The position numbers and the translations under genes are program-made. A stretch of 42,267 nucleotides of DNA from Candidatus Brocadiia bacterium (lineage in GTDB: Bacteria > Planctomycetota > Brocadiia > CAIUPP01), in the NCBI GenBank assembly GCA_050015075.1, contig JBEKCB010000037.1:1-42267 (forward strand), written 5' to 3'. The notes below the pieces were generated by a model, which was not told where the DNA came from, made no database searches, and was given only the letters and a program-made list of their open reading frames with translations. Position 1 is the first letter of the stretch; every line of letters begins with the position of its first letter. Below are positions 8,999-17,289 of the stretch, in pieces.

Positions 8999-9841
8999 GT
9001 GAAGTGGAAAAACCTCGTCTACCTCAGCGACAACCTGCCGATCCTTCAGCGGCTGGCGGCCGGCTCCGTCCATCTCATCTACGTTGACCCGCCGTTCAAC
9101 ACCGGCGGCCGGCAGAGCCGCCTGCAACTGAAAACCGTGCGCTCGGAGGACGGCGACCGCGTCGGCTTCGGCGGGCGCCGCTATCGGACCACCCGGCTCG
9201 GCAGCCGCGCGTTCGCGGACCGGTTCGAGGACTACATTGCGTTCCTGCGGCCGAGGATGGTCGAGGCGCGCCGCGTCCTGGCGCCGGCCGGCTCGATCTA
9301 CGTCCACCTGAATTACCGCGAGGCGCATTACGCCAAGGTGATGCTCGACGAGGTCTTCGGGCGCGAGTGCTTCCTGAACGAGATCGTCTGGGCCTACGAT
9401 TACGGGGCGCGCACGCGACGGCGCTGGCCGGCCAAGCACGACAACATCCTCTTCTACGTGAAGGACCCGGAGCATTACACATTCAACGCCGACGCCGTGG
9501 ACCGAATCCGGTACATGGCGCCGGAGCTCGTCGGCGAGGAGAAGGCGCGGCGGGGCAAGCTGCCGACCGACACCTGGTGGCACACGATCGTCAGCCCGAC
9601 GGGCAAGGAGAAGACCGGCTACCCGACGCAGAAGCCTCTCGGCATCCTGCGCCGGATGATCCTCGCCTCATCGAACCCGGGCGACCTGGTCCTGGACTTC
9701 TTCGCCGGCAGCGGCACGGCCGGCGTCGCCGCGCACGAATCGGGCCGACGGTTCATCCTGGTGGACGACAACCCACAGGCGTTCGAGGTCATGCGGAAAC
9801 GGCTGAAGGGAATGAACGTCCGGTTCGTCAGCGCGCGCTGA
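8999..9841 (+). CDS. Orphan site-specific DNA methyltransferase, beta class (N6A/N4C)
   Basis: Motif IV LIYVDPPF precedes YPTQKP and motif I VLDFFAGSGT. No nuclease gene is adjacent. GTG start at 8999 or 8990. Confidence 0.9.
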   Translation: MKWKNLVYLSDNLPILQRLAAGSVHLIYVDPPFNTGGRQSRLQLKTVRSEDGDRVGFGGRRYRTTRLGSRAFADRFEDYIAFLRPRMVEARRVLAPAGSIYVHLNYREAHYAKVMLDEVFGRECFLNEIVWAYDYGARTRRRWPAKHDNILFYVKDPEHYTFNADAVDRIRYMAPELVGEEKARRGKLPTDTWWHTIVSPTGKEKTGYPTQKPLGILRRMILASSNPGDLVLDFFAGSGTAGVAAHESGRRFILVDDNPQAFEVMRKRLKGMNVRFVSAR

Positions 9842-9893
9842 AGCGGCTTGTCCGCCCGGAAATCCCCGCAGGAACATAAGACGTTTTATAAAT

Positions 9894-9909
9894 TGTTTCA
9901 CGTGGAACA
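9894..9909. promoter_or_regulatory. parS: parS centromere site (ParB binding)
   Basis: TGTTTCACGTGGAACA; the reverse complement TGTTCCACGTGAAACA fits the canonical parS consensus. The palindrome extends to 9892-9911 and is intergenic. Confidence 0.88.
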
Positions 9910-10180
9910 ATCAGACTATTCCTGATACTCATGCCTCTTTCATGCCGTCGCAATGGCGCCGTGACGACACCGTGACGGGCCGGAATGATGTCGGATGGCC
10001 CGCGCATCCCGGCAAAATGCCCCGTTTCTTGACGCCGTGGCGCAACGGACGCCGAAGGAACGCTTGTCTCGATAACCTCATCTGAAAAAACGAATCCAAT
10101 CACGTTCGATACGCGCGGACAACTCGCCCACGCCCCACTTTCGCAGCTCCGTCCCCGATTCTCTGTCCCGGTCTGCAACG

Positions 10181-10208
10181 TTGACACGGACCACCAACGT
10201 GATAAACT
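10181..10208 (+). promoter_or_regulatory. sigma70 promoter with extended -10
   Basis: TTGACA-N16-TAAACT preceded by TG, with an AAGGAG RBS before 10263. Confidence 0.55.
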
Positions 10209-10262
10209 GTGAGACGCTGCGGCGGGCACGGGGACAGAACTTCGCTTTGAAGGAGCGCGCGA

Positions 10263-10901
10263 ATGGGCGTGTGCTGCTTCACCCCCAGGAAAACTGAGTT
10301 CCTCTGGTGGTATTGGCTGCTGCTTGCGAGCATTGTAGGCGTGCCGATGTTCCTGGCCGCGCTCTTCGTCGCGCGCAGGGCGGACTCTGAGGAGCAGAAA
10401 CGGGCCGCTGGAAAGAGGGCCTGGTGGATTTTTCTTGCTGCCGCGGTAGTCTCATTCGCGCTCGCTACTGTGGGAGTGCTTCACGCCCCCAAGCATGTCG
10501 CCTGTCTTCCGCTCGTGTTCGGCTATCTCGTCGGGATTATAGTGGTCAACGCTGCGAATGAATTCGCGCTTCGAAGGAATCGGACCTCATTTCGAATACT
10601 GGCGGTGGTCGGTTTCCTTGGAGGCTGGTACGTGCTGTGGGTTCTCAGTCCCTGGGGCCAATATGCGCCCAGAAACCTTTCACTTTCGCCTGCTCTTGAG
10701 TTCCTTGTGTGCATGTTGCCGGCCCAGGCGTGGGGGACGTTCACCCGCGCCTCGACGCGCCGCAACGCTTGCATGTTCCTCGCCGCTCTCGTGGCAGGCG
10801 CCTTTTTTTATTGGGCGGTTGTGCGATACGGCGATGTTCAAAGCGCGTACAGTCTTTTTGCCCGGATCGGTCGGCCGAATAGCGTTGCAGTGGGATTCTG
10901 A
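10263..10901 (+). CDS. Hypothetical integral membrane protein (about 6 TM helices)
   Basis: Repeated hydrophobic segments and a good RBS. Confidence 0.65.
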   Translation: MGVCCFTPRKTEFLWWYWLLLASIVGVPMFLAALFVARRADSEEQKRAAGKRAWWIFLAAAVVSFALATVGVLHAPKHVACLPLVFGYLVGIIVVNAANEFALRRNRTSFRILAVVGFLGGWYVLWVLSPWGQYAPRNLSLSPALEFLVCMLPAQAWGTFTRASTRRNACMFLAALVAGAFFYWAVVRYGDVQSAYSLFARIGRPNSVAVGF

Positions 10902-10937
10902 GGCGTCGTCAATCCTGTTGGAGGCCAGGTTCCTGGA

Positions 10938-11678
10938 ATGATCGCCGAGACGCAACAATCGCAAGTCCTCTACAGCCGACTGGCCCGACGCTACGACAGC
11001 GTATTCGAACGCGCCATTCTGGCTGAGGGCCGGCTGACCTCGTTTGTCCGGCGCCACATGGACGGTCGAAGCGTACTGGACCTGGCGTGCGGCAACGGCC
11101 GCTGGCTGAACCGCTTTGCGCCCGGCGGGTACGTCGGCCTTGATCTGAACGATGCGATGCTCGAACAGGCGAGAGAGCGCTATCCTTACGCCTCTTTTGT
11201 TCAGGGCGACATGACCGACATTCCGTTTCCGGACGGATCGTATGAAGGGGTTGTTTCACTCTTCGGCGCCATGGGCCATCTCCCGCCCGAAAGGCAAAGA
11301 CGGATGGTGAAAGAGGTCCGGCGCGTGCTCGTCGAAGGCGGGACAGCCATCTTCACGAACGGGAACATGTGGTCGCCGTTTAACCTTCCAACGACGCTCA
11401 AGTCCAACCGCGTCAAGCTGGAAGGAATCCGGTTCAAAGTGCATTCGGCAACGCCGCAGTCCTTTGGAGGTCTGCTGGAAGGTTTTTCCATCCTTCGGCT
11501 TGAGAGCTACGACTTCTCCTATCTGCCCATCATGCCACTGAAGCTGCTCTGCAGTTTGATGAACCGCGACTACAGGCAGGCGTATGGCGGCATCATGGAT
11601 GTCCTCGATCAATGCAGTTACGTGCCGATGCTCCGCTGGTTTGGGAAACAGCTCTTCGCCGTCTGCCGAAAGAACTGA
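10938..11678 (+). CDS. Class I SAM-dependent methyltransferase
   Basis: VLDLACGNG, GLDLN, QGDMTDIPF, RRVLVEGG. Confidence 0.88.
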   Translation: MIAETQQSQVLYSRLARRYDSVFERAILAEGRLTSFVRRHMDGRSVLDLACGNGRWLNRFAPGGYVGLDLNDAMLEQARERYPYASFVQGDMTDIPFPDGSYEGVVSLFGAMGHLPPERQRRMVKEVRRVLVEGGTAIFTNGNMWSPFNLPTTLKSNRVKLEGIRFKVHSATPQSFGGLLEGFSILRLESYDFSYLPIMPLKLLCSLMNRDYRQAYGGIMDVLDQCSYVPMLRWFGKQLFAVCRKN

Positions 11679-11701
11679 TTTTTCAGGAGTGCGGCTTCGT
11701 T

Positions 11702-12673
11702 ATGAGACAGCACGCCGAGCCCTTGGCCAAGGTCATTGTCGCCGTGATATTTTTTATTGTCGCCGGCTCTGTCGTCGATCGTCTTGTATTTTCACCGAGC
11801 CGGTTCTTCAGGCTGCACGAGGCCGCCAAGAAAGGCGACATCCAAGCCGTGCAAGAGCGGCTTCTTAATGGCGACGACATCAACGAGCATTATATATGGG
11901 ATGGTTACACGCCCCTGCACTATGCCGCGTTGTTCGGCCGGAAGGACGTAATTAAGTTGCTGCTCGCGAATCATGCCGAGATCAATCCCGGAAGATGGAG
12001 CGACGATTGGGGAGTGCGGCCGCTGCACCTGGCTGTAATCAACGGCGATGAATCCGTTGTGGCACTCCTTCTCGCCGGGCACGCGGACGTTGATGCAAGG
12101 GACGGCGCCGCTGCTGATAACACGCCCCTGCATTATGCTGCATATCTCGGCCGGAAAGTGATCGCAGGACTCCTCCTGGCGCACGGCGCCCATGTCGACG
12201 CGGCAAACAGTTCGGGGCAAACTCCTCTGTTCTGTGAGAAACCCCCGGAGATAGAGGAGATTCAGGACATTTTAGAGAAGGACAATCCCAATGCCCGTAA
12301 CGACGCGCAGCCAAGCGCTGAGGATTACGCGGGCGTCGTCAAGCTGCTTCTTGCGGCGGGCGCCAACGCCAACGCCAGAGACGTTTCGGGCCATACGCCT
12401 TTGCATACAGCCGCAATGGGGGATCGCAGGGAAGTCATCAAGCTGCTTCTCGCGGCTGGTGCGAGCGTCAATGCCAGAGACCATTTTGGGTATACGCCTT
12501 TGCATTACGCTGCATTGTGGGATCGCAGGGAAGCCGTACGGCTCCTCACAGGCAGCGGCGCCGACGGGAGCGCAAAGAACGAGGACGGACAAACGCCGAT
12601 GGATCTGGCTCGATCTGATGAAGTTAAGGAGGTTTTACGAGAGGCAAACCCAGCGGCGACAGCGCCACGATGA
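11702..12673 (+). CDS. Ankyrin-repeat protein with N-terminal membrane anchor
   Basis: Multiple GxTPLHxAA...LLxxGAxVN repeats, N-terminal hydrophobic helix, and AGGAG RBS upstream of ATG 11702. Confidence 0.92.
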   Translation: MRQHAEPLAKVIVAVIFFIVAGSVVDRLVFSPSRFFRLHEAAKKGDIQAVQERLLNGDDINEHYIWDGYTPLHYAALFGRKDVIKLLLANHAEINPGRWSDDWGVRPLHLAVINGDESVVALLLAGHADVDARDGAAADNTPLHYAAYLGRKVIAGLLLAHGAHVDAANSSGQTPLFCEKPPEIEEIQDILEKDNPNARNDAQPSAEDYAGVVKLLLAAGANANARDVSGHTPLHTAAMGDRREVIKLLLAAGASVNARDHFGYTPLHYAALWDRREAVRLLTGSGADGSAKNEDGQTPMDLARSDEVKEVLREANPAATAPR

Positions 12674-12789
12674 TCACCGTCCGCCGCAATTTCCCATTTT
12701 ACCGTCCTCGAGAGGTCAGTCCGCATTCGAACCTGAGATTCTACCCTTAACGTGACCGGCGTCAAGTAGTTTATCGCCTGCTTCGGGAG

Positions 12790-12842
12790 CTTCAGCGATC
12801 CCTGAGGATGGAAATAACCGGCATTGTGTCCCCAGCGAAACC
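12790..12842. repeat. 53-bp direct repeat, copy A
   Basis: cttcagcgatccctgaggatggaaataaccggcattgtgtccccagcgaaacc; 49/53 identical to 14569-14621. Confidence 0.9.
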
Positions 12843-12888
12843 GACATATCCGCCTGAAACGGTTGCGTAGCCCCGGTTTTCTTGTGAC

Positions 12889-14484
12889 TCACGTCTCCGT
12901 CTCAAGGACAAGCGCCCAATCGTTCTGCCCGGAGCCGTTGTCCCCCGGCGTTGTGAAGCGCCGGAGGCCGACGTTCGGAAATACATCGAGGGCAGCATAG
13001 CATCCGGTGAAGGGATTGAACCAGGAGACGCGGGTTTTGCCGGCCAGCCGGGTCATGTTCACCGTAATGGTGCGCGCGGCGGTTCCGGTCGGGGGAATGT
13101 ACGCAAGGACAAGTCCTCCGTCCGGGGTCCGGCCGGCGGCGACGTAATCGCTGCCGGGCGGGTTCGCGGCGGCTGCGTCCATGGCGGCCTGCACGCCGAA
13201 ACCTTCGGTGACGACCTGGTGGGTATCGTCGGGGATGAGGTCGTGCCAGGCGCGGCTGGTGAAAAATTCCTTGACGTACGTCATCTGGCGGGTGCCCGGC
13301 AAGTTGAGATCGGGCGGCAACGGATTGTTTTCGACGCCGTAAAGATGGCCGGCGGCGCCGGAGAGGAGCGCCCAGTAGGCTTGGCGCCGGCACATGTAGT
13401 CCGGCCATGGCTCTTTCGCCCCATGGCCATGAATGTCGAACCGCGCCTGGCCCTCGTAGTAGGATTCGCCCAAAAGCACCGGCAACGGTTTCGTCAGCCC
13501 GGCATAATTCCCGCAGTGCCAGGCGCGCAGGGCGCCGATGTACGTGAGCGAGGCCGGGTAGAACATCTCGACGGTCATGTCCGGCGCGAATGAGGGCACG
13601 TCGCGCGACAGGCTTGGAATGTTGGGTTCAATGTTGCGGCGCCAGTGGGCGCAGTAAAACGCGCCCGGGAAGGCGGAGGCTTTCTTGATCCCCTCCAGGA
13701 CCTTATGCTGAGTCGCCGCCTCGTCGGCGGTGGGAACTTTGTCGCCGCCGAAAATCCATGCGAGGTTGCGGGCGTCGCCGAGCAGCCCTCCGAGGTACTC
13801 TCCGAACGCGTAGCAGGCCTTCTCGCCGTTGGCGACCACGTCGCGCTGAAATGCGCCCGTGCCGGGGTAGCCCAGCCAGCACGGGGAAACGAGGGCGAGG
13901 AAATTTCGCGCCGCGCACTCGTCGAGAAGCCACTGGACGGTGTGGAAGTAGGCCGCGTTGGGTGAAGCGAAATCCCAGATGCCGGGGGCGAGCTCGCGGG
14001 TGAACGGGAGATTTCCCTCATAGTCGCGGAAGAAATGCCATCGGCCCTGTTGATCATATTCCTTGTAGATAGCCATAAACGCAAGCGCGTTGAACCCCTT
14101 TGCGCGCCGGTCGTCAAGGTAGGTCTCAATGGCGCTCTTGCCCATGCCTCCGTTATCCCCAATCCACGCCCAGACCCACATCGTGTCGCCATGGATAAGG
14201 AAGGGCCGGCCCTTGCGGTCAACCAGGTATCGTCCAGTGGCGCTCGGACTGAGCGGGAAAATCTCTTCAGGCGACTTGGCGTCACCTTCTCCAGACTTAG
14301 CCCGATTTGCATTTTGTTGCTTATCCGCCATTCGTGACGACGGCGACAGGGCATCCGTTGACTCAACGTTGGCCGGCCCGACGATGCCCTGCTCCCCGGC
14401 GAACAAGTCTTTGGCGAGCGCGCCCCCAGACATCGTCCCGGCTGAGACCGCCAGAGCCCTCTTCAGAAAATCTCTCCTGTTCAT
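12889..14484 (-). CDS. Tat-exported DUF4038 (apiosidase/GH140-like) glycoside hydrolase with C-terminal putative collagen-binding domain
   Basis: MNRRDFLK Tat motif, GRYLVDRKGRPFLIHGDT, YLDDRRAKGFN, WIFGGD, ESYYE, RRQAYWALLSGAAGHLYG, C-terminal WFNP...DWALVL. Confidence 0.8.
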   Translation of the reverse strand: MNRRDFLKRALAVSAGTMSGGALAKDLFAGEQGIVGPANVESTDALSPSSRMADKQQNANRAKSGEGDAKSPEEIFPLSPSATGRYLVDRKGRPFLIHGDTMWVWAWIGDNGGMGKSAIETYLDDRRAKGFNALAFMAIYKEYDQQGRWHFFRDYEGNLPFTRELAPGIWDFASPNAAYFHTVQWLLDECAARNFLALVSPCWLGYPGTGAFQRDVVANGEKACYAFGEYLGGLLGDARNLAWIFGGDKVPTADEAATQHKVLEGIKKASAFPGAFYCAHWRRNIEPNIPSLSRDVPSFAPDMTVEMFYPASLTYIGALRAWHCGNYAGLTKPLPVLLGESYYEGQARFDIHGHGAKEPWPDYMCRRQAYWALLSGAAGHLYGVENNPLPPDLNLPGTRQMTYVKEFFTSRAWHDLIPDDTHQVVTEGFGVQAAMDAAAANPPGSDYVAAGRTPDGGLVLAYIPPTGTAARTITVNMTRLAGKTRVSWFNPFTGCYAALDVFPNVGLRRFTTPGDNGSGQNDWALVLETET

Positions 14485-14506
14485 TGCGCCTCAAGCCTTA
14501 ATGTGC

Positions 14507-14621
14507 AAATAACCGCTATTGTGTCCCCAGCGAAACCCCCAGCGAAACCCAGCGAAACCCCTGTGGATCTTCAGCGATCCCTGAGGATGGAAATAACTGG
14601 TAATGAGTCCCCAGCGAAACC
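14507..14621. repeat. Repeat cluster: partial copy (14507-14537), CCCAGCGAAAC stutter, and 53-bp direct repeat copy B (14569-14621)
   Basis: aaataaccgctattgtgtccccagcgaaacc-cccagcgaaacc-cagcgaaacc followed by the full copy B. Confidence 0.9.
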
Positions 14622-14643
14622 CAATGTCCCTTTTTCCCATTTC

Positions 14644-15093
14644 CTATTTTCCCCATTTAAACGGCTCTGATCGTCCGCCCAATCCCAAAGTGAGCGTCCA
14701 CACAATCGCCGCCTTGCGAGAGGCTTTCATGAATTGAACCCACTCTGCATCTCGTCGGTCACCACGGAGCAAAACACTCTCACACGTTGTCATCTCAAGC
14801 TCCCAGAAAGCTTGGTTGCACGGCGTAATCACCTGATAGACCGTGTGGACCGTCAGCACCAATGAAATACGGTCTGGTGCTGCTGGATGGATGCTCAAGT
14901 CTGCGCGCAATCGCGTCATGTCATACGCGACCAGATTCCAAAGAATGTGGCCTCTCTTTGCAGACAAGGATGCATCTGATGTGCCGAAAAAACGAAAACG
15001 CCTCGCTGACCAGAAGGAAATCAGCTCTCGTCGGACGGCCTCAGTCCATGGCGCTTCAATGGTCTTTGTTATCTGTCTAATGGGGCATTTCAC
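14644..15093 (-). CDS. Hypothetical protein (~149 aa)
   Basis: GTG start with GGAGAG upstream and lower GC. The upstream part of the listed 416-aa ORF is a shadow of the neighbouring gene. Confidence 0.6.
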   Translation of the reverse strand: MKCPIRQITKTIEAPWTEAVRRELISFWSARRFRFFGTSDASLSAKRGHILWNLVAYDMTRLRADLSIHPAAPDRISLVLTVHTVYQVITPCNQAFWELEMTTCESVLLRGDRRDAEWVQFMKASRKAAIVWTLTLGLGGRSEPFKWGK

Positions 15094-15191
15094 GCTGCAC
15101 TCTCCCAACGGCTTCGGGGTTCCGGGAACACCATGCATACCTACTTGTTCCAGTCGCCCGCAACACTCCGTGAGGATCTTGAGAAGGTGAT

Positions 15192-16919
15192 CTACCAGAC
15201 TCTGGCCAATTCGGCGGGCTCCGCGTCCTCTTGAATGTCCTTTTCTTCCTGCAGGTAAATACGGATCGTGTTGCTGTCCTTGCCGCGCTTGACGGTTAGT
15301 CTGCGCTCGCCCACCTGGTAGCGGATTTCGTCGGGCTTGCCGAGGAACGGGGCGACGGCTTTGCGGACCTCCTCGCCGCGGAAGTCTTTTACGATCAGCC
15401 ACTCGCCCGATCCGTCGGCGACCGGGCCGCTCCGGCCGGACATCTCTCCGGGCGCGAGGGAGTCGAGCGTGACGCACAGGCCGCCTTTGCGGACGAAGTC
15501 GCGCACGGCGTCCATCGTCTGCGGGCTGATCTGCACGCCGGTGAGGAAGACCAGTTTCAGCCCCGCCAGCTCCTTCGCGCCGGCTAGGTGGTCGTACATC
15601 ACCGCGCCCCGGAGCGGGCAGAAGAAGTCGTGCGGCAGGCCGTTGTAGCTGTGGTTGTGGAACGAGAGGCCGCCTTCGCGCGTCTGGCCGTGAGTCAGCA
15701 GGCTCCAGATCTGGAACCAGGCGGCCGTCGCGGGCGTGCTCTTCAGGTTCGCCGCGCCGTAGAGCGCGTCGGGCAGCCACGAGTCGGCCTGGCCCCAGCA
15801 GGAGTCGTCGAACCGGACGATGGCCACCTCGGGGCGGATGTCGAGGAAGGTGTACGGCCGCGGATGGGCCGGCACGTATTCCTTCACGAACCACTCATAG
15901 ACCTTGCCGTAGGCGGTGGTCTCGTACCGGACGACGCCGTTCTCCTCCTTCCGCTCGATGAGCCCGCGGATGTTCTCGACGAAAATGCGCCGGGCCCCGA
16001 TCCAGTAGGCGTAGAGGAGCGAGCAGCGCAGTTCCTCCGGCGGATGGCCCGGGAAGCCGGAGAGCCCCCACAAGTCCGGCGTGACGCAGAACTCGCGCCC
16101 GTACTCGCGCGCCGCTCCCATCGCGATGGCGGCGAAGACCGGGTCAATGCCTTCCTTCAGGAACTTGGTGGCCGGATCGAAGCCGGCCCGGGCGAAGGTG
16201 TGGAACATGACGGGGAAGACGTGCTCGCTCATGGGCGTGACGCCCGCACGGCGGTAGTTTTCCGCGACGGCCCTGGCGCTGGAGCAGACGGCGTTGTACG
16301 CCTGTTCCAGCGTCATCCCGTCGGTGGCGGCGAAGTACGGATGCACGCGGTCGGTCGAGCGGTCGTCCGACCCGCCGTTGGTGTTGTTGCCGCGGCGCAT
16401 CTGGCCGTGCTCCGCCTCGTCGTAGAGCACGCCGCGGAACTCCGGATGCTGCACGGCGATCTCCAGCGTGCGGCCGGTGATGTCCCAGCGGTGAGTCCCG
16501 TCCGGGTGGGCGAGAACGTCCTTGCCGTCCTTGTCCAGGATGTCGCCTTCCTTGGTGTAATTGGTGACCTCCTGGTTGGCGAAGAAAGTCAGGTGAGCCG
16601 CGCGGCACGCCGCGGAGAAGTCGGCGAGGCCCTGCTCGGAGGCTTCCCATCGGCGGCCCCGGCCGGCGTCATTCCGCTCGGGTCCGAACTGGCAGACGAT
16701 GAACTCGGCGCCGAGGTCACGGACGGCTTTCAGATAAATCGCAAGGGACTCGGCGTCGCGCGGCGCGCCGCCTTCGAGGCCGAACTCGCAAGTGGATTTG
16801 GGCATAGCGTTTGTCTCCTGCGCGCCCTCCGCGCCGTTCGAGACGGTCCCGGCTGAGATCAACGCCGCCAGCGTCAGCGTTCCCAGGACCGCGGACCCGA
16901 TCGTTGTGACTGGCTTCAC
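15192..16919 (-). CDS. Secreted hypothetical protein, possibly glycoside hydrolase-like (TIM barrel plus GATase-like domain)
   Basis: GTG with GGAGG RBS, signal peptide, YDEAEH, and C-terminal LKLVFLTG...VRDFVRKGG resembling beta-galactosidase trimerisation-type domains. Confidence 0.6.
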   Translation of the reverse strand: MKPVTTIGSAVLGTLTLAALISAGTVSNGAEGAQETNAMPKSTCEFGLEGGAPRDAESLAIYLKAVRDLGAEFIVCQFGPERNDAGRGRRWEASEQGLADFSAACRAAHLTFFANQEVTNYTKEGDILDKDGKDVLAHPDGTHRWDITGRTLEIAVQHPEFRGVLYDEAEHGQMRRGNNTNGGSDDRSTDRVHPYFAATDGMTLEQAYNAVCSSARAVAENYRRAGVTPMSEHVFPVMFHTFARAGFDPATKFLKEGIDPVFAAIAMGAAREYGREFCVTPDLWGLSGFPGHPPEELRCSLLYAYWIGARRIFVENIRGLIERKEENGVVRYETTAYGKVYEWFVKEYVPAHPRPYTFLDIRPEVAIVRFDDSCWGQADSWLPDALYGAANLKSTPATAAWFQIWSLLTHGQTREGGLSFHNHSYNGLPHDFFCPLRGAVMYDHLAGAKELAGLKLVFLTGVQISPQTMDAVRDFVRKGGLCVTLDSLAPGEMSGRSGPVADGSGEWLIVKDFRGEEVRKAVAPFLGKPDEIRYQVGERRLTVKRGKDSNTIRIYLQEEKDIQEDAEPAELARVW

Positions 16920-16931
16920 GTTACGCCTCCA

Positions 16932-17054
16932 ATCGTCCTCGTCTTCACTCTCGTCCTCGTCCGCGTCCTCGTCCTCGTCCTCGAACTCGTCCTCGAACTT
17001 CCTTACGGAACGGCCGAGGACGAGGACGAGGACGACGACGAGGACGAGTACGAT
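16932..17054. repeat. (GTCCTC)n ... (GAGGAC)n hexamer palindrome
   Basis: The arms are reverse complements. It shares GAACGGCCGAGGACGAGGACGAG with the copy at 19551-19626. Confidence 0.85.
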
Positions 17055-17289
17055 ACTTTCTGTCACCCGCGCGAATTACGCGACGCGCTCCGGGCGTCCG
17101 ATCCTCGTCATGCGCGGAAATTACCCCTCCGCAGGCGCCCTGTCAAGATGGAATAACGGTTCAGGCGGCCCAAGCGGGAATCCGGCTTGCGGAATCGCGC
17201 GCAAAGGGTAAAATGAAAGGCGGGACGTCTCAGCGCCGTTGTGGGGCTTGCATTCATGCAGTAAGTTGCGGATCGGACGCGCAACGACC

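Noticed and set aside
9668-9910. 80-aa ORF beginning MFHVKQ
   Set aside because: MFHVKQ is simply the translation of the parS palindrome; the rest is antisense to the MTase.
12790-14621. Direct repeats as integron attC sites
   Set aside because: No RYYYAAC...GTTRRRY bounded long palindrome and no intI in the window.
15094-15894. N-terminal part of the 416-aa ORF 14644..15894
   Set aside because: Alternative-frame overlap with the gene at 15192-16919; Arg/Pro-rich nonsense.
16920-17066. VLVLVL/EDEDED N-terminal extension of the 624-aa ORF
   Set aside because: Translation of the hexamer palindrome; a better GTG with a GGAGG RBS and signal peptide lies at 16919.
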